Source of the DNA: a virus
UHGV virus genome: UHGV-0078062
Length of the DNA: 22,357 bases
Strand: one strand, 5' to 3'
The position numbers and the translations under genes were made by a program. The notes beneath the pieces were generated by a model. The model was not told the origin of the DNA. It ran no database searches and worked only from the letters and a program-made list of their open reading frames with translations. Positions 1 to 7,935 of the stretch are shown one piece after another (within the stretch, counting starts at the first letter, position 1; each line of letters starts with the position of its first letter).

Positions 1-50
1 GGATTTGTTCTATCAGTAATCGACCTTATTCCTAATTAAATAGAGCAAAT

Positions 51-66
51 CCCCTCAATGAAGGGG
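51..66 (+). promoter_or_regulatory. RNA stem-loop (CCCCT / loop CAATGA / AGGGG) whose 3' arm contains the holin Shine-Dalgarno
   Basis: Perfect 5-bp inverted repeat at 51-55 and 62-66; the AAGGGG SD (61-66) lies 6 nt before ATG 73. Analogous in position to the start-site-selection stem-loop of dual-start holins. Confidence 0.35.
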
Positions 67-72
67 TAGAGC

Positions 73-276
73 ATGTACCGTATGGACAAAATCAGAGAAT
101 GGTTCAGTTACAGCTTCGGAGGACTGACTGCGATGGGTGGCATTCTCTCCCTGAATGACTGGGCTGTCATCATTGGTATTCTTTGTACTGTCGGCACATT
201 TGGCATCAACTGGTACTACAAGCGCAAAGAGCGCGAGGACAGATTGAATGGCAATGTCACCGGCACTACGAAATAG
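73..276 (+). CDS. Class II holin, phage-21 S-like pinholin with dual-start antiholin/holin motif
   Basis: 67-aa ORF beginning M-Y-R-M-D-K-I (ATG at 73 and 82), two hydrophobic segments ([28 protein letters not shown]), charged C-terminal tail (KRKEREDR); immediately upstream of and overlapping a SAR endolysin. Confidence 0.8.
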   Translation: MYRMDKIREWFSYSFGGLTAMGGILSLNDWAVIIGILCTVGTFGINWYYKRKEREDRLNGNVTGTTK

Positions 277-751
277 CGTAATAGCGGCGATAAGTGGCGG
301 GGCTATTGCTATAGCATCTGTGTTAATCACTGGACCAAGTGGTAACGATGGTCTGGAAGGTGTCAGCTACATACCATACAAAGATATTGTTGGTGTATGG
401 ACTGTATGTCACGGACACACCGGAAAAGACATCGTGCTCGGTAAAATGTATACCGAAGCAGAATGCAAAGCCCTCCTGAATAAAGACCTTGCCACGGTCG
501 CCAGGCAAATTAACCCGCACATCAAAGTCGATATACCGGAAACAACGCGCGGCGCTCTTTATTCGTTCGTCTATAACGTGGGCGCAGGCAATTTCAGAAC
601 ATCGACGCTTCTTCGCAAGATCAACCAGGGCGATATCAATGGCGCATGTGATCAGCTACGTCGCTGGACATACGCTGGCGGTAAGCAATGGAAAGGGCTG
701 ATGACTCGTCGTGAGATTGAGCGTGAAGTCTGTTTGTGGGGGCAGCAATGA
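248..751 (+). CDS. SAR endolysin (GH24 / T4-lysozyme-like muramidase, phage 21 R-like)
   Basis: N-terminal Gly/Ala-rich weakly hydrophobic signal-anchor-release segment ([18 protein letters not shown]) followed by E-x8-D-x5-T catalytic triad ([16 protein letters not shown]); GAGGA SD 8 nt upstream of ATG 248; matches recalled phage 21 R21 layout. Confidence 0.85.
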   Translation: MAMSPALRNSVIAAISGGAIAIASVLITGPSGNDGLEGVSYIPYKDIVGVWTVCHGHTGKDIVLGKMYTEAECKALLNKDLATVARQINPHIKVDIPETTRGALYSFVYNVGAGNFRTSTLLRKINQGDINGACDQLRRWTYAGGKQWKGLMTRREIEREVCLWGQQ

Positions 752-1215
752 GCAGAGTAACCGCGATTATCTCAGCTCTGGTTATCTGCATCATCGTCTG
801 TCTGTCATGGGCGGTTAATCATTACCGTGATAACGCCATCGCCTACAAAGAGCAGCGCGATAAAAAAGTCAGTGAGCTGAAGCAGGCGACTGCCACCATT
901 ACTGACATGCAGCAGCGCCAGCGTACTGCTGATGCACTCGATGCTAAATACACGAAGGAGTTAGCTGATGCGAAAGCTGAAAATGATGCTCTTCGGCGCA
1001 AGCTTGATAATGGTGGTCGGGTGCTCGTCAAAGGAAAATGCCCTGTGCCATCCTCAGCCGAAACCTCCAGCGCCTCCGGCATGGGCAATGATGCCACCGT
1101 CGAACTCTCTCCAGTTGCTGGACGAAACGTTCTCGGTATCCGGGACGGAATTATCCGCGACCAAACAGCACTGAAAACACTTCAGGAATATATCAGGACG
1201 CAATGCCTTCGATGA
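748..1215 (+). CDS. Rz: Rz-like inner-membrane spanin (i-spanin)
   Basis: ATG 748 overlaps endolysin stop (ATGA); N-terminal TM helix ([20 protein letters not shown]) then charged coiled-coil-like periplasmic region; the ORF-track start at 736 is a GTG upstream of the conserved MSRVTAII start. Confidence 0.8.
   Translation: MSRVTAIISALVICIIVCLSWAVNHYRDNAIAYKEQRDKKVSELKQATATITDMQQRQRTADALDAKYTKELADAKAENDALRRKLDNGGRVLVKGKCPVPSSAETSSASGMGNDATVELSPVAGRNVLGIRDGIIRDQTALKTLQEYIRTQCLR
968..1174 (+). CDS. Rz1: Rz1-like outer-membrane lipoprotein spanin (o-spanin), embedded in the +1 frame of Rz
   Basis: Lipoprotein signal peptide [19 protein letters not shown] with lipobox, proline-rich mature part ([11 protein letters not shown]); strong SD AAGGAG 9 nt upstream of ATG 968; entirely inside Rz. 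Confidence 0.8.
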   Translation: MRKLKMMLFGASLIMVVGCSSKENALCHPQPKPPAPPAWAMMPPSNSLQLLDETFSVSGTELSATKQH

Positions 1216-1390
1216 TAGCGATAATTTTACTCATCATCCTTCACATCTGGCTCTGTAGACAGGGTGGTGATCACTTCTGGAGTGAATCCAGATTAAACAT
1301 CTCATTGCTGATGCTTGATATTGAGCATCTGGCGCGCGGTAAGGGGCTGCGTTGAGATAAGAGCCAGTCATCACAAACACCAGGATTTAG

Positions 1391-1412
1391 CCTCGCCTTC
1401 GCGGGGTTTTTT
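1391..1412 (+). terminator. Rho-independent terminator-like hairpin after the lysis cassette
   Basis: CCTCGC / loop CTTC / GCGGGG stem (one G-U pair) at 1391-1406 followed by TTTTTT at 1407-1412. Confidence 0.5.
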
Positions 1413-1436
1413 ATTCCCAACTCCATAGGTAATTTT

Positions 1437-1916
1437 ATGACCCAGTATATTGGCGTAAAACTGATTAACGCCTTTCCGATGACGAGACAGGCATATAACG
1501 ATTTTCGTGGCTGGCAGCTTCCTGCCGGAGAAAACGGCGAGGACGAAGGCTATCTGGTTGAATATCTGGATGGCGGAAAACCTAACACCGATCGCTTTGA
1601 TGGCTACGTTAGCTGGAGTCCAAAAGAAGTATTCGAAAAGGCTTATCGTCCGGTATCAGGACTAAGTTTCGGCCTTGCCATGGAAGCGTTAAAACAGGGC
1701 AAAAGTTTGCAGCGGGCAGGATGGAATGGGAAAGACCAGTTTGTTTATCTCGTGAAAGGGGAAAAATTAGCGTCTGCGTTGGGTTATGGCTTTGGCGAAT
1801 ATGTTGGCGAGCCAACTTTCAATGACACGCTTGTATTGAAAAACTCACAGAACCGCCTTGCTACATGGGTTCCATCCATTGGCGACCTGATGGCTGAAGA
1901 CTGGCAAATCATTTAA
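1437..1916 (+). CDS. Hypothetical accessory protein with DUF2829-like (Tad2-like sponge) C-terminal domain and a degenerate N-terminal copy
   Basis: 159-aa ORF; C-terminal half has ALKQGK-x4-R-x-GWNGK...FVYLV...W-x-PS...DLMAEDWQI, a pattern I recall for DUF2829; N-terminal half shows a weaker parallel (RGW...GYLVEY...SWSPKEVFEKAY). Family assignment from memory, not from a search. Confidence 0.65.
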   Translation: MTQYIGVKLINAFPMTRQAYNDFRGWQLPAGENGEDEGYLVEYLDGGKPNTDRFDGYVSWSPKEVFEKAYRPVSGLSFGLAMEALKQGKSLQRAGWNGKDQFVYLVKGEKLASALGYGFGEYVGEPTFNDTLVLKNSQNRLATWVPSIGDLMAEDWQII

Positions 1917-1925
1917 CCATGTAGG

Positions 1926-1961
1926 CATTACAAAGCCTATCTACGGGTGGGCTTGATAATG
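1926..1961 (+). repeat. Copy A of a ~40-nt imperfect intergenic repeat (ATTACAAAGCC...GGGCTTGATAATG) containing a stem-loop and ending in an ATG
   Basis: Shares ATTACAAA-GCC...TAC...GGCTT-GATAATG with copy B at 2534-2573; internal stem AAGCC/GGCTT; terminal ATG (1959) opens a 9-codon mini-ORF (MKPELISGH). Confidence 0.5.
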
Positions 1962-2151
1962 AAACCGGAGTTAATTTCTGGTCACTAATTAACGGCAGTA
2001 CAGCGAAACAACCCAAGCCAGTAAGTGGGGAAATAACACTGGCAGCCACTGAAAGATGAACCTCCTGCCTTATGGCAAAAAAAGATTCTTTGTGGTGGCG
2101 GACTGATGGAAAGACATCCTAATCAAGCAACCACTCCACAGGGTCATAATT

Positions 2152-2532
2152 ATGAACGACCAGCAAATCGAAAAAGAAATCGTTGAGAAAGGCAAAACCG
2201 CTCCGAGAATCACTCCGCAGCACATCGAAGACGTGATTAAAAGCGAGCATTACTTTACTGCTTATGATGGACGTAATGGTGCCATTTCCAGCAACGAATA
2301 TTGTGGCAGGGAAAAACCAGAAGAAGGCGATCGTGATTTATCACCATTGAAGTTGCTCACTTTCTGCGTACTGGTGCTGAAGAATGGCTTCACCGTCACC
2401 GGAGAGAGTGCCTGTGCAAGCCCGGAAAACTTTGATGCAGAAATTGGTCGGAAGATTGCCCGGCAGAATGCTGTAAACAAAATCTGGATGCTCGAAGGTT
2501 ACTTGCTGAAGCAGAAGCTAAGCGAACAGTAG
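2152..2532 (+). CDS. Hypothetical phage accessory protein (possibly N4 gp49 / Sf6 gene 66 family)
   Basis: 126-aa ORF in the lysis-to-terminase slot; motif LTFCVLVLKNGFTVTGESACASPENF...KIW.LEGY resembles what I recall of that family, but the assignment is tentative. Confidence 0.6.
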   Translation: MNDQQIEKEIVEKGKTAPRITPQHIEDVIKSEHYFTAYDGRNGAISSNEYCGREKPEEGDRDLSPLKLLTFCVLVLKNGFTVTGESACASPENFDAEIGRKIARQNAVNKIWMLEGYLLKQKLSEQ

Positions 2533-2533
2533 T

Positions 2534-2573
2534 TATTACAAAAGCCATTCCTTACTGAGTGGCTTTGATAATG
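2534..2573 (+). repeat. Copy B of the ~40-nt imperfect intergenic repeat (TATTACAAAAGCC...TGGCTTTGATAATG)
   Basis: Stem AAAGCCA/TGGCTTT with 12-nt loop, compensatory relative to copy A; terminal ATG (2571) opens a 9-codon mini-ORF (MAYTLHGIT) that runs into the hairpin GGGATA-N10-TATCCC (2589-2610) plus TTTT. Confidence 0.5.
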
Positions 2574-2635
2574 GCTTATACCCTACACGGGATAACTTAA
2601 CTGATATCCCTTTTAACGGATAAACGGAGCCAACA

Positions 2636-2878
2636 ATGGCAGAGATTATTCCCATGACTGAAGAACAGAAATTCCAGTTAGAGATTTACAAACTGGTCAT
2701 GAACCAGAACGCAGCCGCGGAGGAAGCATTTCAATTCATTGGCACTGACGAACTGAAGCTTGAGCTATTCAAAATTCACTTCCAGTCAGGCGGCGCTAAT
2801 TCAGATATCACGACCCGCACTATCGAAGCGGTGCGTAAATCGAAGGAAGCGTTAGACCTGTTCACTACCGGAGCATAA
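2636..2878 (+). CDS. Hypothetical small helical protein, apparently translationally coupled to the terminase small subunit
   Basis: 80-aa ORF, GGAG SD about 10 nt upstream; stop TAA 2876-2878 is 2 nt before the terS ATG at 2881; no recognisable family. Confidence 0.5.
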   Translation: MAEIIPMTEEQKFQLEIYKLVMNQNAAAEEAFQFIGTDELKLELFKIHFQSGGANSDITTRTIEAVRKSKEALDLFTTGA

Positions 2879-2880
2879 AC

Positions 2881-3321
2881 ATGGCACGCCCAACAAAGTA
2901 TCAAGAGGCGTATGCCGAACAGGCACGCAAACTGTGCTTGCTGGGCTACACAGATGCAGAACTTGCTGATTTCTTTGAAGTCAGTGAGTCAACTATTAAC
3001 AAGTGGAAGCTTGATTATCCTAAGTTTTCGGAGTCCATAAAAAAGGGTAAGGCCGTCGCTGATGCAGAAGTTAGTGATCGTCTTTATCAACGAGCTATGG
3101 GCTTCGTGGCTCCAGACATCGATATTCGTGTTATTGAAAACAGAATTGTCGAAACTCCGCTTGAGAAGTATTACCCGCCTGATACAACCGCTGCCATCTT
3201 CTGGCTTAAGAACAGACAGAAGGATAAATGGCGCGACAAGGTTGATCACGAGCTAACAGGCAAAGACGGCGGCGCAATTCAGATTGAAACATCACCGATG
3301 AGCACTCTATTCGGAAAATGA
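2881..3321 (+). CDS. Terminase small subunit (TerS)
   Basis: 146 aa; N-terminal HTH-like DNA-binding region (CLLGYTDAELADFFEVSESTINKWKLDYPKF) typical of small terminases; GGAG SD 7 nt upstream; overlaps the terL start by 4 nt. Confidence 0.8.
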   Translation: MARPTKYQEAYAEQARKLCLLGYTDAELADFFEVSESTINKWKLDYPKFSESIKKGKAVADAEVSDRLYQRAMGFVAPDIDIRVIENRIVETPLEKYYPPDTTAAIFWLKNRQKDKWRDKVDHELTGKDGGAIQIETSPMSTLFGK

Positions 3322-4733
3322 CCTCGATTAATCCTATCTTTGAACCGTTCATTGAGGCGCATCGCTACAAAGTCGCCAAAGGCGGTCGAGGTAGCGGTAA
3401 GTCATGGGCAATTGCGAGGCTGCTTGTTGAAGCGGCGCGTCGTCAGCCAGTGCGTATTCTCTGCGCTCGTGAACTGCAAAACAGTATCAGCGATTCGGTA
3501 ATCCGGTTGCTTGAAGACACTATCGAGCGTGAAGGGTATTCGGCTGAGTTTGAAATTCAGCGTTCAATGATTCGTCATCTCGGAACGAATGCTGAATTCA
3601 TGTTCTACGGCATAAAAAACAACCCGACGAAGATTAAATCGCTCGAAGGCATTGATATCTGCTGGGTGGAAGAAGCGGAAGCGGTAACAAAGGAATCGTG
3701 GGATATCCTGATCCCAACCATCCGTAAGCCGTTCTCTGAAATATGGGTGAGCTTTAACCCGAAGAACATCCTCGACGATACCTATCAGCGATTCGTCGTA
3801 AACCCTCCTGATGATATTTGTCTGCTGACGGTGAACTACACCGACAACCCGCACTTTCCTGAAGTTCTCCGTCTGGAGATGGAAGAGTGTAAACGCAGAA
3901 ATCCGACACTGTATCGTCACATCTGGCTTGGTGAGCCAGTAAGCGCAAGTGATATGGCAATCATCAAACGTGAATGGCTTGAAGCCGCAACCGATGCGCA
4001 CAAGAAACTCGGATGGAAAGCGAAAGGCGCTGTTGTCTCTGCGCATGACCCGTCAGATACAGGACCAGATGCTAAAGGTTATGCATCGCGTCACGGTTCG
4101 GTAGTTAAGCGCATTGCCGAAGGTCTGCTGATGGACATCAACGAGGGTGCTGACTGGGCTACTTCGCTGGCGATTGAAGACGGCGCTGACCACTACCTGT
4201 GGGATGGTGATGGTGTTGGTGCTGGGCTACGCAGACAGACAACGGAAGCGTTCTCCGGCAAGAAAATCACCGCCACGATGTTCAAGGGCAGCGAATCGCC
4301 ATTCGATGAAGATGCGCCGTATCAGGCCGGAGCATGGTCTGATGAAGTCGTACAGGGCGACAATGTTCGCACTATTGGCGATGTATTCCGCAATAAGCGA
4401 GCGCAATTCTATTACGCGCTGGCTGACAGGCTGTATCTGACATATCGGGCGGTTGTCCACGGTGAGTATGCAGACCCCGACGACATGCTGAGCTTCGACA
4501 AAGAAGCGATAGGCGAGAAGATGCTGGAGAAGCTGTTTGCAGAACTGACGCAGATTCAGCGCAAATTCAATAACAACGGGAAGCTGGAGCTTATGACTAA
4601 GGTTGAAATGAAGCAGAAGCTCGGTATTCCATCTCCTAACCTGGCTGATGCGCTGATGATGTGCATGCATTGCCCGGAGTCGGCTGCGCAACCCGACTAT
4701 TCCAGTTACTCAATTCCTTGTGGTGTAGGTTGA
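3318..4733 (+). CDS. Terminase large subunit (TerL), Sf6 gp2-like
   Basis: 471 aa; Walker A-like KGGRGSGKS near the N-terminus, ATPase then nuclease domain layout; size and sequence match the Sf6-type large terminase as recalled. Confidence 0.95.
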   Translation: MTSINPIFEPFIEAHRYKVAKGGRGSGKSWAIARLLVEAARRQPVRILCARELQNSISDSVIRLLEDTIEREGYSAEFEIQRSMIRHLGTNAEFMFYGIKNNPTKIKSLEGIDICWVEEAEAVTKESWDILIPTIRKPFSEIWVSFNPKNILDDTYQRFVVNPPDDICLLTVNYTDNPHFPEVLRLEMEECKRRNPTLYRHIWLGEPVSASDMAIIKREWLEAATDAHKKLGWKAKGAVVSAHDPSDTGPDAKGYASRHGSVVKRIAEGLLMDINEGADWATSLAIEDGADHYLWDGDGVGAGLRRQTTEAFSGKKITATMFKGSESPFDEDAPYQAGAWSDEVVQGDNVRTIGDVFRNKRAQFYYALADRLYLTYRAVVHGEYADPDDMLSFDKEAIGEKMLEKLFAELTQIQRKFNNNGKLELMTKVEMKQKLGIPSPNLADALMMCMHCPESAAQPDYSSYSIPCGVG

Positions 4734-4734
4734 T

Positions 4735-6933
4735 ATGGCAGAAAAAAAGATGAATGACTGGCATCGCAAGGTGCTGTGCAACTTTGATAATGCCTGGTCA
4801 GCAACGCAGGATATGCGTGAGCAGATTATTGAGGCTCAACGTTTCGTCAGGGTATCCGGCGCACAGTGGGAAGGAAGCACAAACGCTGGTTACTCATTTG
4901 ATGAAGGCAGGTTTGAGCATTATCCGCGCTTTGAGCTGAATAAGATTGCCCGTGAATGTGATCGCATCATTGGCGAGTATCGACAGAATCGCATAAGCGT
5001 TAAATTCAGGCCGAAGGACGATAAGGCATCGGAAGCGTTAGCCGAAAAGATGAACGGCAAATTCCGCGCTGACTATCAGGAAACATCCGGTGGCGAAGCG
5101 TGTGATAACGCATTTGATGATGCTGTAACGGGGGGATTCGGTTGTTTCCGCATGTGTGCCGATTACGAAGATGAAATGGACCCAAGTAACGAGCAGCGAC
5201 GCATCAGCCTTCTTCCTGTTTACGACCCGGCGACATGCGTCTTCTTCGATCAGGACAGCAAACAATATGACCGCTCTGATGCTATGTGGGCTATGGAAAT
5301 GTTCTCCATGACGCCTAAAGCGTTCGAGGCTGAATACCCTGATTCCATTGCGGCAAGCCTTTCTCGGGATGACACTGGTACTCAGTATGACTGGTCAACG
5401 CCTGACGCCATCTATGTTGGTCGCTACTATGAAGTCCGCATAGAGAAGGTGAAGCTCACGGCGTGGCGCAACCCTGTTAGCGGAGAAACGGCAATCTATG
5501 ATGAAGAGCAAATCAAAGATATTGTCGACGAGCTAACCGATGGTGCATTCGAACTGATCGGTGAGCGAACGGTGAAGAAACGCCGCGTTTATTGCGGTCT
5601 TCTGTCTGGCGCTGAATGGCTGGAAGAACCGAAGCGCATTCCGGGCGAACATATTCCTCTCATCCCGGTATATGGGCGTCGTTCATTTGTTGATAATCAG
5701 GAGCGAATCGAAGGCCACGCAGCAAAAGCGATGGATGCACAGCGTCTTGAGAACCTGATGGTTTCCATGATTGCAGATAACGCTACTCAGGCTGGCGGTG
5801 ATGGCATTCCTATCGTGGATGTTGATTTCATTCCCGGTCCATTAATGAATCACTGGGCAGAGAGGAATAAGAAAAGACCTGCAGTTCTTCCCATGACCAG
5901 CAAGAAGGACAAAAACGGAACGGTCATTTCAGAGGCTCAGGTTGCTGGCTGGACACCTCCGACACAAATGCCTCCTGCTCTTGCCGGGCTATTGCAGTAC
6001 ACCGGAACGGCTATTCAGCAAATTACAGGTGCGTCGCAGCTTGAGAACATGCCGAGCAACGTCGCCACCGATACCGTTGATAGCATCTTTAACCGGATGG
6101 ATACGCAGTCCTATATCTACATGGACAACATGGCTAAATCCATGCGTCGCGCTGGCGTTGTGTGGCTTTCTATGGCGCGTGAGGTCTATGGCAGTGATAC
6201 GCCGATGCGTATCGTTAATGAGGACGGCAGCGATGACGTGGCGCTGATGACTGGTGAAGTGGTTGACCGTCAGACAGGGCAGGTTATCGCGCTTAATGAC
6301 CTTTCGCAGGGCAACTATGAAGTGACTGTCGATGTCGGTCAGTCGTTCGCTACTCGCCGTGATGCAACGGTTAAGTCGTTACTTTCCATGCTGGCACTTA
6401 TCCCACCAGGAACGCCGAAGCACGACCTTGTATCGTCGATGATTCTCGACAATATGGACGGCGAAGGGATGGACGACCTTAAAGAATACAACCGCAATCA
6501 GTTGCTTCTGTCTGGAGTTATCAAGCCGAGAACACCAGAAGAACAGAAGATGGTTGAGCAGGCGAAACAACAACAGGCCAGTCAGCCAGATCCGGCTATG
6601 GTTGCTGCGCAAGGTCAGCTTCTTGCTGGTCAGGCTGAATTGCAGAAAGCGCAGAACGAACAGGCAGCCATTCAGGTTAAAGCATTCCAGGCACAGACTG
6701 ATGCTCAGGTTGCAGCGGCAAATGTTGTGAAAATACTCGCATCTGCCGATAGTCAGCAGAAATCTGATATCCGCGAGGCTCTGAAACTGCTCGGACAGTT
6801 CCAGCAACAGCAAGGAGACAATGCCCGTGCTGATGCAGAGCTTGTCCTGAAAAGTCAGGCACAGGGTCATGCGCAGCGCATGGACATCAGCAGCATCCTG
6901 CAAAAATCAACTCAGCAACAACCACAGCAGTAA
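4735..6933 (+). CDS. Portal protein (P22 gp1-like) with Gln/Ala-rich C-terminal barrel
   Basis: 732 aa; segments such as GEHIPLIPVYG and PRTPEEQKMVEQAKQQQASQPDPAMVAAQGQLLAGQAELQKAQN align with recalled P22 portal sequence; starts 1 nt after the terL stop. Confidence 0.95.
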   Translation: MAEKKMNDWHRKVLCNFDNAWSATQDMREQIIEAQRFVRVSGAQWEGSTNAGYSFDEGRFEHYPRFELNKIARECDRIIGEYRQNRISVKFRPKDDKASEALAEKMNGKFRADYQETSGGEACDNAFDDAVTGGFGCFRMCADYEDEMDPSNEQRRISLLPVYDPATCVFFDQDSKQYDRSDAMWAMEMFSMTPKAFEAEYPDSIAASLSRDDTGTQYDWSTPDAIYVGRYYEVRIEKVKLTAWRNPVSGETAIYDEEQIKDIVDELTDGAFELIGERTVKKRRVYCGLLSGAEWLEEPKRIPGEHIPLIPVYGRRSFVDNQERIEGHAAKAMDAQRLENLMVSMIADNATQAGGDGIPIVDVDFIPGPLMNHWAERNKKRPAVLPMTSKKDKNGTVISEAQVAGWTPPTQMPPALAGLLQYTGTAIQQITGASQLENMPSNVATDTVDSIFNRMDTQSYIYMDNMAKSMRRAGVVWLSMAREVYGSDTPMRIVNEDGSDDVALMTGEVVDRQTGQVIALNDLSQGNYEVTVDVGQSFATRRDATVKSLLSMLALIPPGTPKHDLVSSMILDNMDGEGMDDLKEYNRNQLLLSGVIKPRTPEEQKMVEQAKQQQASQPDPAMVAAQGQLLAGQAELQKAQNEQAAIQVKAFQAQTDAQVAAANVVKILASADSQQKSDIREALKLLGQFQQQQGDNARADAELVLKSQAQGHAQRMDISSILQKSTQQQPQQ

Positions 6934-7023
6934 TTAACCCATAACGTGCAATGGCTGTCTTTATGAGGCCTGGCACCCTATTGCCTTCCGATGGGCTGAA
7001 CATCGAGTAAACAGGGGTAACAA

Positions 7024-7917
7024 ATGGACCAGATGGCAGAAAACACACCAGAAGTTGAAATCGAAACCGACGCGTCAGAGCAGATTCCTGATGATGTCGA
7101 ACTGGCTGAAGAAGTCGAAACAGAAGATGGCAGTGAGTCATCCGGCAATGATGTAGAGGAAGCTACTGAAACTGATGACGACGAATCAGAACAGGAATTC
7201 TACTTTGGTGACGAAAAGCTGGATTCGCCAACCAGCGAAGATGGCGCAGAGCATGGACTGGTAAAACACCTGCGCAAGACGATTAAAGAGAAAGACCGCG
7301 AGCTGAAAGAGCTGATGCGTCAGTCTCAGAAACCCGTCGAGCAGCAGCCGGTAATCACTCAACCACCGCGAATGCCAAAACTGGACGATGAGGACATCGG
7401 TTTCGATGAAGAAATCTACCAGCAACGCATGGCTAAGTGGGCAGAGGATAACGGCAAGTACCAGCAACAGGAGATGGCTCGCAAGCAGAAGGAGCAGGAG
7501 CTTCAGGCTGCCTATCAAGAGCGATTATCCAAATATCAGCAACGTGTTAAGGCTCTCAAGGTTCCTGGCTATCAGGAAGCAGAACAGGCCGTACTCGAGG
7601 AAATCCCCATCGAGACACAAAACGCGATCCTGTTTGAGTCAGAGAAGCCGGAAATCGTTGTTCTGGCGCTTGGTCGCAACGCTGAACTGCGCAAGCAACT
7701 GGCAGAAGCTACCAACCCCGTAGCAATTGGTCGTCTGCTGGAACGTATCGAATCGAAGGCCAGAATCATGCCAAAAGCAAAAACCACGGCAGCCACAACC
7801 CCGACAGTTAAGGGGAGCAACGGCGCAGTAATCAATAACCTCGACAAACTGAAAGCCAAGGCGCTGGAAACTGGTGACTGGACGCCGTATTTCGCCGCTA
7901 AAAAGGCAAAAAAATAA
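7024..7917 (+). CDS. Scaffolding protein (P22 gp8-like)
   Basis: 297 aa, highly charged and helical, acidic N-terminal region, C-terminal basic helix-turn-helix-like coat-binding end (KLKAKALETGDWTPYFAAKKAKK); position between portal and coat. Confidence 0.85.
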   Translation: MDQMAENTPEVEIETDASEQIPDDVELAEEVETEDGSESSGNDVEEATETDDDESEQEFYFGDEKLDSPTSEDGAEHGLVKHLRKTIKEKDRELKELMRQSQKPVEQQPVITQPPRMPKLDDEDIGFDEEIYQQRMAKWAEDNGKYQQQEMARKQKEQELQAAYQERLSKYQQRVKALKVPGYQEAEQAVLEEIPIETQNAILFESEKPEIVVLALGRNAELRKQLAEATNPVAIGRLLERIESKARIMPKAKTTAATTPTVKGSNGAVINNLDKLKAKALETGDWTPYFAAKKAKK

Positions 7918-7935
7918 CCTATCGGAGCATTAAGC

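Noticed and set aside
3564-4046. 160-aa minus-strand ORF inside the terminase large subunit gene
   Set aside because: It is antisense to a high-confidence terL; no RBS or motifs.
6379-6903. 174-aa minus-strand ORF inside the portal gene
   Set aside because: It is antisense to the Gln-rich portal C-terminus and leucine-rich as expected from reverse-reading CAG/CTG-rich DNA; no independent support.
6540-6933. Gln/Ala-rich low-complexity stretch at the portal C-terminus, considered as a repeat expansion or separate gene
   Set aside because: It is in frame and continuous with the portal and matches the known C-terminal helical barrel of P22-type portals.
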